The position numbers and the translations under genes were made by a program. Of a DNA stretch of 52,597 nt, positions 26,855 to 38,223 are shown piece after piece (position 1 is the stretch's first letter; the number at the start of each line of letters is the position of its first letter). This stretch comes from Girardia tigrina (lineage: Eukaryota): contig MQRK01246642.1 in assembly GCA_001938485.1 (NCBI GenBank), forward strand, positions 11,678-64,274, written 5' to 3'. Under the pieces are notes generated by a model, which did not search any database, was not told the DNA's origin, and saw only the letters and a program-made list of their open reading frames with translations.

Positions 26855-27800
26855 GTTTCCTGTCACTTGATGAGAAGATTTTAGATAAGAAATAACAGCT
26901 ACGCTAATAAGTCTCGCTCAATGTAAATAAAGCTAAAGTACGTGTAACTGCTGCATATTCTGAAGCTGACAATGAGCAAAATTGAAGCAGAATTACAAAA
27001 ATCAGAGCCAAAAGGAACGGAAACACTTCTTGTGCGGTTTCGAAGAGTAATTACTAGGAGCAAAACTTGTAATGCAAGAGTCTTGTAGATCCCTTAGAGA
27101 CTAATCTCATCCATAAGAAATTCAGTGGCAGACGTTTCATTGGTAATCTCCTTCCCCAATGCTATCATAAGGCTTTCCATAGTATCGAGAGTAGTCAAAG
27201 ATTCGACTATCACAGATTGCTTCCGTAAGGTTGGCTTTGATATTCAGGACAAGGAGCTTGATAATACACATTTGGATGATAAAATCAATGGATCCAATGA
27301 ACCTGCAGATTACGTCAATATTGACTCGCAGCTCCAATGCCATGAAGAGAATATGACTTATGAATACTGCAAAGCGAAATTGATAGGGAATTACTCTGAA
27401 ATCAGAAACCTCTCCTAATTTACGAGTCTGAACGCTTTACTGTTCAGAATTGTAAACCAGACCTCAGTCTCATAGTGCAGGAACTCATAGTGAGCATAAT
27501 GAAAATTCTGGACTATGTTGTACTACCATAGGATATACGAACGTTTTCAAACCGTCAGTGTAATATTTGATAGCATTTACTGTGATTGTGTTGTAATGTT
27601 GATAAAAGAATAAAAGACTTTTTTATTTATTATTATTTTTGCATTTATAATTTTATGAGTTGATGTGGACATCTAGAATAAATAAAATATTCGTTAAGAT
27701 ATGTTATATTATTATTGTTTGAACCCAGGTTAACACAGCATTTCGCTTAACGTGACTACAGGTTCTATAATCCATGGGGCCACGTTATTTGGGTTTCATG
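26855..27800 (+). mobile_element. pogo/Tigger-like transposon remnant
   Basis: SLDEKI (CENP-B-type HTH start), TITDCFRKVGF, DYVNID; Tigger-like end with CGCTTAACGTG...CACGTTAT. Confidence 0.65.
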
Positions 27801-29464
27801 GGATTTTAACTTCAAACGTAAAACCGCTTGATTTAATTAATTTGACAATTAAATTGATAATTTTATTTCAAATTTTTTTTGCATTTATCATAATCCGACT
27901 GAATGTAAAATAAAGTTTAAATTATATAGAAAATATATAAATAAATAAAATATTACATTTATAAATATTCTCGTCTGTTACATTTCAAATTGATTAATCT
28001 TTTCTAAAAGAAAATTACTTAATTTCTAATTAAAATAATGATAAAGTATAGCAATTAATATTGCATCCCATTTATTGTTTTTTTTTAATTTATTCAAATA
28101 ATTATGGATATTTAGAATTATTTTGCTTTCCTTTAAAATTTGTCTTTGGATTATCTTTTTCCATTAACAATTAGAGTCTCTCACCAAAATCGCAGACTCA
28201 TTAATCAATTTAATAAACATTTTAGGGAAATAATATTTCTGAAATTCCATTTAATTCGTTGAAGAAGAAAAAAATTAAAATATAATTTTATAAATTGGTA
28301 TTTAAATAATTCTTAATAAGTTTTGTTTACTGAAAAAAAATCAAATGAAATTTTAAAAATTAATGAATAAAAATAGTTTTATTATAAGTAATAAATTATT
28401 TTAATAAAAAATTGTTTTAATAAAAAATATTTTTTATGTTTAATAAAAAAATAATTTTTTCATTTAAAAAAATATAAAAAAATACTTTTTTGAAATACTT
28501 TAAGATATTTTCCATATAAGATTTAAATTAAAATAATTGTTTATATTTTTCTAAAGATAAAAGTTCAGTTTATTCAAAACTTTGTGGGAATTTCTTTTAT
28601 GTTTATTTAATTAGAGAAAAATTTTAAGCCAAAAATGTTCATTTAAATTGAAATTATCATTTAAATAGTTTAAATGGATATTTTGATATATAAAGAAAAT
28701 ATAAAAAAGAAATAAATGAATTATTTGAACTCTTTCGTCCAATAAGGTCGCTATTGTGGCTATTAACAACATCACAATTTGAATGCAAACATTTATTTAC
28801 AACACAAACAGATTCTTCTCAACAATTTTCAGAGGTCATCTTTTTTTAATTGATATATTTTTTGTTTATGTATTTAAATCTAAAAAATCAATGAATGGGA
28901 AATTTTGTAATATTAATTTTTAATTTCTTGAATTTTATTGGATAAAAATGCATTACGTAATTTTTTAAATAAACATTAATTTTTAAAATATATTAAATTT
29001 AATAAGTTAAAATCGTTGACTGAAAATATTATTAAAATTCATAATTATAAAATTTTAAATAATTAGTACTTAAAATTAATATCATTAGATCTAAATAATT
29101 AATCAATAATATATCAATCCCATCTGAGTAGGAGTCACCAATCTAAACAGCATACAAACAACAAACTTACAACATTCCAAATTATCCCTCACAGTGGCAT
29201 TGCACTATTCTCCATTTCTGCTTAAATTCTAATGAGTAGTATAAGTTCCTTAGTTAAAATAACTATATAATGCGGGATTAATAAACCTTTGGAACTCGTG
29301 TAACAAATGAAAGACCATTTTAAATTGTCCAGCCTCAATTGGACTAAGGGTGTTGTGGGTATTGACAAACAGCGCTAGACCGCTGTTTACCGTCTTACGA
29401 ATCGAAAGGTTTGAGCATCTATTTTATGAAAATGCTTCTGATTTATTTTTTTTATAAATTAATA

Positions 29465-30761
29465 TTAGGTTGAGGAATAAGTTCCCGCTGTGTTTTGAAT
29501 TTTTAATCAATTTAATATTTAAATCAAATTTTTTGATGTAATGTTATATGTTATTTGAAAGCTAATGTTTTGCTCTAAAAAATGGTGTATTTTGTTTTTT
29601 TATTCAGATTAATTTTTGTCGATTTTTAGACCATTGAAATGGAGTGTCAAGTCGATAAAAATGAGCATTTCTGACACCATCTATTGTTTGCGTATAATCG
29701 AGGCGCCAAAGCCGCAGACGCTGCCCTAGAGCTTTGTGCTGTATACGGAGAAGGTGCTATAGCTGATAGAACCGCTCGTGATTGATTCGCAAAATTTCAA
29801 ATTGACAATTTTGACCTCAATGGTGCACCTCGTTCAGGACGACCAAATGAATTCGATGAAGAGCGTTTGAACAAACTTTTGCATGAAGGCGCACGTCAAA
29901 CCACTCGAAAATTGGCGGAACAAATGGATTGGGATCAAAAAATTGTCGTGAACCACCTGAAATCAATGGGAAAAGTTCAAAAAATGGGAGCTTGGGTCCC
30001 AAATCTTTTCACTGAAAACAACAAAAACTAGCGATCCACAATTTCGGCGAGTTTGCTTGCCCGTCATCGCTCTACTCACGGTCATAAGCAACAATTTCTT
30101 TATCGAATTGTAACGGGTGATGAAAAATGGTGCCTGTACGTCAACATGAAACAGCGTTAAGAATGACATAGCCGAGAAGAACGAACGACACCGCGAGCAA
30201 AACAAGGATCTTCATCCACGAAAGACAATGCTATGCGTTTTGTGGGGTTGGGAAGGGATTATTCATTATGAAGTGCTTCCTCGAAACCAAACAGTGAACG
30301 CAGAACTTTATGTTCAACAGCTGCATAGACTCAACACCGCTATAAGACAAAAACATCCGCATCGACAACATGGCGTTATTTTGCAACACGACAATGCACG
30401 TCCTCATATTGCCAGAATGACAAAAGAAGCCATTCAAACGCTTGGTTGGGAAGTGTTACCGCACCCTCCGTATTCATCTGACTTGGCTCCATCTGGTTTT
30501 CATCTTTTCCGTTCGCTTTCTAAGGCTTTGTGTGGTGTTTCGTCCAACAATGATGGAGAACTGCAAATTTGGTTGGCTGAATTCTTTGAGTCAAGACCGG
30601 GCGATTTCTACCAAAGAGGCATTGAAAAAGTCGTTGAACGTTCGGACGAAGTCGTGAACAATGGCGGAGATTATATTTGTGATTAATTTGTAGTAACATT
30701 TTTGTTAAAAAATAAAATTTTAATTTTTCAAAAAACGGCGGGAACTTATTCCTCAACCCAA
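29465..30761 (+). mobile_element. Full-length (1297 bp) inactive mariner; transposase pseudogene 29639-30686
   Basis: TA-flanked TIRs TT(A/G)GGTTGAGGAATAAGTTCCCGC; MECQVDKNEHF*HHLLF..., WVP, IVTGDEKW, HDNARPH, YSSDLAPSG (third catalytic D>G); several stops. Confidence 0.95.
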
Positions 30762-31009
30762 TAAGAATTTCGAAGGAATATTTATATTTTTTATATATAA
30801 TGACATGAAATTGTATTTATTACATTTTGTCAAGTTTGTAATCGATTTCGTCAATAAATAAATAAAATTAAATATATATTTTAGATGAATAAAAAGACAT
30901 AATTATTTTTATTAATACACCATTTCACTTTTAAATTAAAAAATTCAATTTACTAATTTTTGTATCCACTTTTAAATTAAAAATATCAACAATTTAATTA
31001 ACATTTATT

Positions 31010-31351
31010 TTACAAATGAAATTTAGAAAAAACATTTACTTTTATATGCACCGAATCACCCATAATGTCCGGCCTCTCAATGCATCGAACATAAAAAGTC
31101 GATGAATGCCTATAATATGGCTCAAGATTTAATTCTCTTGTCTCGCTAATCGTAGTTTCTATTGCTCCTAAAAGGTGTTCACTCCGTTGTGGAGTTGTTA
31201 GGTCGGGTTGCTGGACCAGCATGTCAGTTTTCTTTTTAATAATACTTTTTATTTTATTAAAAAATGCCTCAATGGGATTGAGGAATGGACTGTAATGTGA
31301 CAAAAATGTTATTAAATTTCTTATGGCCTCCTCTTTTGCCTTGGATTTCAT
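31010..31351 (-). mobile_element. IS630/Tc1-superfamily transposase C-terminal fragment
   Basis: FLSHYSPFLNPIEAFFNKIK motif carrying the catalytic E. Confidence 0.7.
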
Positions 31352-31673
31352 TGTTTTTTTTTATATCTTCATACAAAACCATTGACAGTGTTAAAATTGA
31401 TCCCTATTTGTGAGGTTAGATATATCCAATCTTGATTTTATTCAAAGGCCCTAATTAGACTTTCTTTATCCTGCAATGACGTTGTATTGTATCTTTTAAT
31501 TAAAATGTTCATGTTATCAATTTAAAAGTTCATATAGAAATTGGGAAATTGATTTTTTTAATTTAAAAGTTTATTCTTTTAATTGAAATGTTATATGGTG
31601 TAATTCTTTCATAATTATATTTATTATCACTTTAAGAAATTTGGAATTAATTTTCTTTTTATGTTAATAAACT

Positions 31674-31883
31674 TATTTTCACGCTTATAACCCGCGGGAA
31701 ATGTGTGATTTTATCTGCGCCGTACGCCACTCACAGGGTATAAAATGGACAGGATATACTAAAAATATATTAAACGATATCAACTAACATTTCACGATGA
31801 TAACCAATGGATAATGTGTTATTTTACCTGCCAAAAATGTCCCTAGAGAGGAAAGAATTGTGCGGGTTATATGCGTGAAAATA
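31674..31883. mobile_element. MITE-like element, 210 bp
   Basis: 22-bp TIRs TATTTTCACGC(T/A)TATAACCCGC with one mismatch. Confidence 0.7.
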
Positions 31884-32928
31884 TTGTATAAAAAGAATAC
31901 AAATGAAGACCACAGATAAATCTTTTTCTAAATAAGAATAATTCAAAGATTATAATCTTCATAGTTTAATGTTCCTGGAACTATAATTCCCTTCATTATA
32001 AAAATTTCCATTGAGACAGATGATAAAAAAGAAATTAATTGGTGGATCCATGAAGACCATTCTATCATATTCCAAGTGCTTAAAAATAATATATTGATAA
32101 TGCGTTCTTAATCACTACAAAAGTTAATCAAAGTTTTTCACTCTTCCTTTAAAATAACAAACTCAATCCCTACTTGAAAAAAGGATAAAAAATCATTGAG
32201 ACTAGAAGATTAGATATGATATAATTATTACATTTGCTAAGTAGTATTAAAAAGAATGTGAATATCTATTTATCTATCTATGAATGAAGTGGCTTTTCCA
32301 GTTAAAGACATATAAGACTTACGGCAAACCACTCAATGATACCGAAGATCAAGAAATATCTCAAAGTTTGATACGATTTTGTTAGGTTAATAAAAACAAT
32401 AACAATTCAAAGTAGACTCTATTTATTTCCAAATATTTATATAAAATTTTTTATTTTGTTTAGGTCAGTAAAAGGCAATCTTTTTTTCTTTCGCGATAAA
32501 TTGGTTAAGGTAATAGATGGCCACAACACACGTTGTAACACAAATATTTTTTGACGCTGAGATACGCTACAGTGAGTGTCCGTTAGAATTACTATTGAAG
32601 AAGCGTATTGTATCAGTGACTGAGGCTTACTTTAACGTTTGTACGAGATGAGACGTATTTTTGACCTCGATGATGTTGAAATTATGATGAACAGTGAAAA
32701 TTTTAATTTGCTTTAAAAATAAAAAATTTCGTTTATTCTACATTATGATTAATGTGTTTTTAAGAATAATTTTTTAATTAATCAAAAGTTAAAAAGTACC
32801 AGGATTTTAAAATATATTACAAAAGTTTTCGCGGTAAAAGAAAAGAAAATTTGGCAGCGCACCAGTTGCCTGATACTGATTTAAGTAAATAACTTTAATT
32901 AAAATTTAAAAATGGATGATAAATTTAA

Positions 32929-32977
32929 TAGATATAAATTTAATTGTCACGGCTGTCAAAACTCGTACATCGGAGAG
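32929..32977 (+). mobile_element. Penelope-like GIY-YIG endonuclease fragment
   Basis: RYKFNCHGCQNSYIGE, cut off by the GC-rich insert starting at 32979. Confidence 0.65.
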
Positions 32978-32978
32978 T

Positions 32979-33073
32979 AGGGATCACCTGTGCAAGCCCG
33001 GCAGACATACTTCCACGTAATGTCCCTGGGAAACTAGAATGGGTTCGACTCCGTCTCTAGGTTAAAGTGTCTG
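32979..33073 (+). ncRNA. Degenerate HDV-like ribozyme heading a GC-rich retroelement 5' UTR-like segment (to ~33350)
   Basis: P1 AGGGATC/G-TCCCT, P2 CAGACAT/GTGTCTG, P3 ACT/AAT, L3 TCCACGT, P1.1 GG, P4 CTAGA...TCTAG, J4/2 GTTAAA, all in canonical order. Confidence 0.65.
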
Positions 33074-33376
33074 AAAGCAAGCTGATATCTACGTGACATA
33101 TTATTGTAGTACCAGTGGGCTTGCAATCTATTTACAAGTCTCTAGCATTAAATCGGAGTGTCAGGCTGTAGGGAGTAGTGACCTTCCAGTCGTGTGGCTA
33201 AATGCATCGCATAGACTCCTGGCTTTTAATCAGGATAGTGGTGTTCTGAAACCGGTTCACCGGCGGAACTTAGGCATGTAAATCCCCGCATGGGGGAGTG
33301 TCTTTTAAAGCCATAAGCGTCTCAGACCTCATAGAAAGCATCAGGCTTAATACCTCAATAATAGAATCAGTATTAT

Positions 33377-33605
33377 GAGGATGTGAGAATCACGTCGGAG
33401 AGACAAATCGTCACCTCAAAACTCGGATTAGCAAGCACTCGCAAATGAGTCGATCGAGTAAGGTTCTTGATCATTGGTTATGTTGTAAGGATAGAACCTC
33501 ATCATTTCAAAAGATGAGTTTTCAAAAAAGGGTTTTGATTCACATTACGAGCGACAGTTTTGTGAATCTCTACTAATAAGACACTACAACCCATCAATTA
33601 ATATA
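33377..33605 (+). mobile_element. Penelope-like GIY-YIG endonuclease remnant
   Basis: GCENHVGETNRHLKTRISKH...VLDH...C...ERQFCESLLIRHYNPSIN; homologous to 52200-52300. Confidence 0.8.
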
Positions 33606-34329
33606 TATATATATATACAGAAAATATAATTTTGTTAGGGTTTCGAAAATACATATGAACACTTTTGACAAAATTTTATGCAGGAAAAAATTTAAAATAA
33701 TTCTTTTGATAAAATTATTAATTTCAAGCAAAATAATATTTAGTTTATCAAAATTTGGAATTGAAAATTAAAATATTTTAGTCTTTGTTTTATTCTATCA
33801 ATTGTCAAGGCCGATGAAAAACACTATAAAAACAACAGCAAATTTAGTTTAGTTTGCCCAAAACATTTCTAATCTAAAACTACAAGAAGTAAGAATCGTA
33901 AAGTTTAATTTCATTTTTTTTATTCGAATAATATTACTCTATTGAAAGTACTGATCAATAGTATCCTGTATAGGAGAAATAGATCGTTATAACTTTCAAT
34001 TGTTTTAGAAGATTTAGAGTTTGAAAATAAACAAGCTGTGATCTGATAAACTCGAATACCCGTTTTGTGAATACGTCTGTTGACACTATTGAATTGAACA
34101 ATATAAAGCTGTGTGCTATTTTGTGTTATTAAAAAATAAAGTATTTGGAAAAAGAATTTTGTGTTCATTCATTTATATATTTATGTTGGAAGTCCTATCT
34201 GATAAATTGGAGCCAGATTTCAGATTAAAGATTTCAGTTTAAAGAATAAAGATTTGTATTTAAAAAATAATATTTAAAGTTAAAGATTTGTAATACCCAA
34301 CAATTTGATTAAAGCTTCTTTTATATAAT

Positions 34330-34373
34330 TATTGGACATGTTTCGATGTTTACATACATCATCATCAGCAATA
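34330..34373 (-). ncRNA. Minimal type-I hammerhead ribozyme
   Basis: UAUUG CUGAUGA U GAUGU AUGUAA ACAUC GAAA CAUG UC^CAAUA: intact core, palindromic stem III (ACAUGU), GUC cleavage site. Confidence 0.9.
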
Positions 34374-34571
34374 TTTGGAAATTTAGTGTAAGAATATTTA
34401 CATTGTTTTAATACCACAATTTTAAAAAATGTATTAACTCTAAATGGAAAAATTTTAAATAAATATTATTATTTATGAAAATATTATTGGGTAATAATGG
34501 CAAAAAATATTTTATATATATATATATATATTTCGAAAATATAATTTGATTAAAGCTTTTTTAATACAACT

Positions 34572-34613
34572 ATTGGACATGTTTCGATTTTTAAAAAAAT
34601 CATCATCAGCAAT
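34572..34613 (-). ncRNA. Minimal type-I hammerhead ribozyme
   Basis: AUUG CUGAUGA U GAUUU UUUUAA AAAUC GAAA CAUG UC^CAAU. Confidence 0.85.
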
Positions 34614-35418
34614 TTTCTATTGAATTGNNNNNNNNNNNNNNNNNNNNNNNNNNNNNNNNNNNNNNNNNNNNNNNNNNNNNNNNNNNNNNNNNNNNNNNNN
34701 NNNNNNNNNNNNNNNNNNNNNNNNNNNNNNNNNNNNNNNNNNNNNNNNNNNNNNNNNNNNNNNNNNNNNNNNNNNNNNNNNNNNNNNNNNNNNNNNNNNN
34801 NNNNNNNNNNNNNNNNNNNNNNNNNNNNNNNNNNNNNNNNNNNNNNNNNNNNNNNNNNNNNNNNNNNNNNNNNNNNNNNNNNNNNNNNNNNNNNNNNNNN
34901 NNNNNNNNNNNNNNNNNNNNNNNNNNNNNNNNNNNNNNNNNNNNNNNNNNNNNNNNNNNNNNNNNNNNNNNNNNNNNNNNNNNNNNNNNNNNNNNNNNNN
35001 NNNNNNNNNNNNNNNNNNNNNNNNNNNNNNNNNNNNNNNNNNNNNNNNNNNNNNNNNNNNNNNNNNNNNNNNNNNNNNNNNNNNNNNNNNNNNNNNNNNN
35101 NNNNNNNNNNNNNNNNNNNNNNNNNNNNNNNNGTTTTAATTGTTTTTTAACTCGTGCATCTGTGCATAATTTGTCTAATGTTACCCTAATGTTGTGTTCT
35201 ATATGCTTGTTTGTATACATATTGTCCTTCAAGCGCCTTCTAAGAATATAAACTTGTGTGTTTAAAAAAATTTAAAATTGTTATTTGTTTTAATAATACC
35301 AGGAAAAAGCAATAACAAAGAAAAAAATTTTAAAAAATGATGAAAAAAAGAATTTTTAAAACAGTGTTTCCCTTGCTAATATTCGAAAAATCAATCAATT
35401 AATTATAATTTCATTTAT

Positions 35419-36050
35419 TTATTCGACTATTTCTATTCGAAACAAAAGTTCTATTGCGACAATCTCTCCAAAACATAGGGTATTGAAAGTATATATCGGG
35501 ACAAAGAATTCAGAGACGAGTGTCAGAAAATGATCAATTAGTTCGGTTTTCGAGTCCAACAACTCAATGTTGAAGCGATGATGATAAAGAAATATCGATA
35601 ACAAAAATATTCTTTTGCTCTTAGTGATAAGCGATTGTTTAGTGAATGATTTGACAAAGACAACATTTTTGATGTGAAGGCATCTAAATGGTGATTCTGC
35701 CGGTGAGTTAGATAGCTGACAGACTTATCTATTTGATTTGGTGGAAATTGATCGTAATCTGGTTGAAAGAAAGCCGTCTGATGACAAGAGGCTTTTAAAA
35801 AATTAAAAATTTCATATCGAATCAATTTAAAATTTCTTTTCGAAGCTCACCAAGAATCATGACCTGAAAATTCTAGAGCTCCGTTAAATGAACGAGAACC
35901 GGTCCTTATTAGGACCAAAAATGTAGATTGCACACAACGCTCACCGAGGGTATGAGTTTATAAAAATTAGTTCTAGGCTGAAATACTCTCAACGTCAAAG
36001 TGCGGCGACCATGCGACAAAGATCTCTCTGCGATTAGCCTCAACTAGCTT
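35419..36050 (-). mobile_element. Possible BEL/Pao LTR end, PBS and degraded internal region
   Basis: Minus strand ...CTACA TTTT TGGTCCTAATAAGGACCGG resembles the TGGTCCTTCGAACCGG-type start of BEL/Pao elements; the following ORF fragments are unrecognisable. Confidence 0.3.
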
Positions 36051-36124
36051 ATTAAGAATATTAATGCAATCGATTATATAATCATTATTTTTTCATTTAT
36101 ATAGTGGTGAATTGATTATTAATC

Positions 36125-36169
36125 AGTGATCTGAAGATGACGGTTGTTCCGTTGAAATGTATTGTCTCT
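36125..36169 (+). ncRNA. Hammerhead-like motif (family 2)
   Basis: AGTGAT CTGAAGA T GACGG TTGTT CCGTT GAAA TGTA TT GTCTCT: core intact, stem I imperfect. Confidence 0.55.
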
Positions 36170-36605
36170 ATGTGAGGAATGTTTGAATGTTTGATGTTTT
36201 GTGTTTGAATGTGTATGCTGATTTGGAAATGTGTCTCTCCTACCCAGATGAATGATTAATATTTTAATTCTTATTATCTAAAAATATGTAATATTTAAAT
36301 TTATTTTTAATTTCATATATTTTTGAAATTTTAAATAAGTTAATTAATTTTTTATAATATTTAATAAATAAATCAAATTAATATTTTTTAAATAATTAAT
36401 TATCATTTTAATTATTATCCAATAAGTTTTGAGTGAATATTTTATTTAAATATTTATTTCCTCATTTTCTAAAAAAAGTAATGAGAATTAAACCATTAAT
36501 CAATTTCGTTTTGAATGTAATCGTACGAAAGTTTTGACAAAGATTGTCTTGAGGACAATCAAAATTGTTGTTTAAATAAAAATATAAAAAATCAAATTGG
36601 TGTTC
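36165..36605 (+). repeat. Dispersed repeat (possible Penelope pseudo-LTR body)
   Basis: Inverted copy at 7773-8212; directly follows the hammerhead-like motif. Confidence 0.75.
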
Positions 36606-36971
36606 TTAATACTCTAAAATTTTCTTTTTGATAATTTTAAAAATTAATTTTTAATCCACTTATATCAAACCGTTTTTTTAGATTGAAACTCTATTTTTTC
36701 CATTAAAAAAGAACAAAAAGAATTAAAACGAAAAAAAATTAATAAAATTTAGCTATTCAGTGTTATGATAAATGGCAAAAAAAGACATTTTCTTTTTTTG
36801 TCGTTGATAATATTTTTATTTAATTATTGATAAATAAACACATATTCCAAACTTATAATCTTCACAGAGAAAGTAATTGAATTAAAGTTTGAAAGCGAAA
36901 AATAAATTAGCTTTCCTGTAAAGCTAGAGAGAAGCTCACTATATAATTAGCATTGACATATGTTTGCTCTC

Positions 36972-37342
36972 ATAATTCTAATGATACTGAGTTGGTCATG
37001 CGATCATAGTAACATTTCTCTTGAGATCTGTCTTTATTATTAGGTTATCTCGTCTGCGAACGACTCTTCTTCACTATGGATAAAATTTTTTTTCTTTTCA
37101 AAGATAAATTTTTGACTAATTATTTTACCCCAAAAAACAACCCTAAACAAATGTAAATTTTTCAGTATCATTTTTATGAATATTTTTTCGTTCTCTTTTC
37201 CAAAATCAAAACATTTAGTAAATCAATGTCGTTGATGTTAATCAAATACAAGATAAAATAATAATAATAATAACTTTATCCTTTTTTGAATAAAGAAAAA
37301 AAGTTTATGTTGTAAAAAATGTCATCATTTTATAATTAGTAA
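36972..37342 (+). repeat. ~370-bp direct repeat, copy 1
   Basis: Starts ATAATTCTAATGATACTGAGTTGG; highly similar to 41022-41396. Confidence 0.9.
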
Positions 37343-37626
37343 AGACTTCATCCTTATCACGGGCTTGAGGAATAATTAAAATAGTTTGAATGTGTGAATG
37401 TTTCAGAATGAATTAAAAATTATATTATTAAATTGAAATAATTGAATTCGAAAATAAAAAATTAGATGTAACATATATATATAAATATGTATATTTGATT
37501 TTTAAAAAATTTTGTTAATTAAATTCGTTTGTTTAATCGAATTATTATTGTATACAATAATGTAGGATTGATATCAAAATAAACATTCGTTGGCAATATT
37601 GATTTCTTTTCATTAACTGAAAGCGA

Positions 37627-38223
37627 ATGTCTAATTTAAAAGAACAGATAACTTTGCCGTTTGGCTATATTTTTAATGTGGATTATTTCATAAAGAAATT
37701 TGAAGATAATCATGTAAGGATTCCCGATCAAAGATTGTGTATCAAAGAAACTGACAAGATTTCAGCACCTACTAAAATTTGTGAAGACATTCATGATCAA
37801 TGGTATGAATTAATGAGAATATTTCAAAGTTGTGGAAACAGTATTGGAACGAAGTTTTGGAAAATAATCACCAATAAACACGGAATCAAACCGACCACTG
37901 GTGTTTACGAAGGCGACAGTGATTTGCAATTACAGAGAATTTATGTTTACTTTACTTCGGGAATTCATGGAAAGTGTGTGCCGATCAGCGTCATGGTTGA
38001 ATTGAATAGTACCACTCTCGATTACGTACTGAATTCGAATCTTGGGAAATTGTTCCAACCAGATTATTTCATCAGTTGCTCCTCAAGTGCTTCTAATAAT
38101 TGCGAAAGACATACGGCTCTCTTCAGGGCCAAAATTCGTGATTGGGAATTAGTGATGAATTGGACGAAGTGTTTCAGTGGATCGCAAGTCAGGCCAGTCG
38201 ATTGGCGCAACTCGAGAAGTTGA
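37627..38223 (+). CDS. Chimeric ORF or pseudogene: U-box-like N-terminus fused to a beta-tubulin N-terminal fragment
   Basis: 37813-~38100 reads CGNSIGTKFW..I...HGIKPTTGVYEGDSDLQLQRIYVYF...GKCVP..VMVEL...LFQPDYF...SASNN, matching beta-tubulin residues ~1-100; homology breaks at the WAKGHY codons. The U-box call is by eye. Confidence 0.6.
   Translation: MSNLKEQITLPFGYIFNVDYFIKKFEDNHVRIPDQRLCIKETDKISAPTKICEDIHDQWYELMRIFQSCGNSIGTKFWKIITNKHGIKPTTGVYEGDSDLQLQRIYVYFTSGIHGKCVPISVMVELNSTTLDYVLNSNLGKLFQPDYFISCSSSASNNCERHTALFRAKIRDWELVMNWTKCFSGSQVRPVDWRNSRS

Larger units (their letters stand above)
33900..35255 (-). mobile_element. Penelope-like element 3' part with tandem pseudo-LTRs (contains a gap)
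   Basis: 35133-35255 (ILRRRLKDNMYTNKHIEHNIRVTLDKLC) is homologous to 51950-52065 of the RT-bearing copy; two hammerheads 241 nt apart; 34300-34497 matches 50776-50965 inverted. The 33900 boundary is approximate. Confidence 0.7.

Noticed and set aside
33041-33052. Pol III B-box-like GGTTCGACTCC suggesting a tRNA or tRNA-SINE
   Set aside because: No cloverleaf or A-box; better explained as the P4 hairpin of the HDV-like fold.
34606-35251. Long ORFs spanning N runs (also at 4613, 19430 and 50010-50798)
   Set aside because: Artefacts of translating assembly gaps.
37044-37078. Hammerhead-like string on the minus strand of the 370-bp repeat
   Set aside because: The core reads GUGAAGA/GAGA with extra bases and no stem I in either copy.
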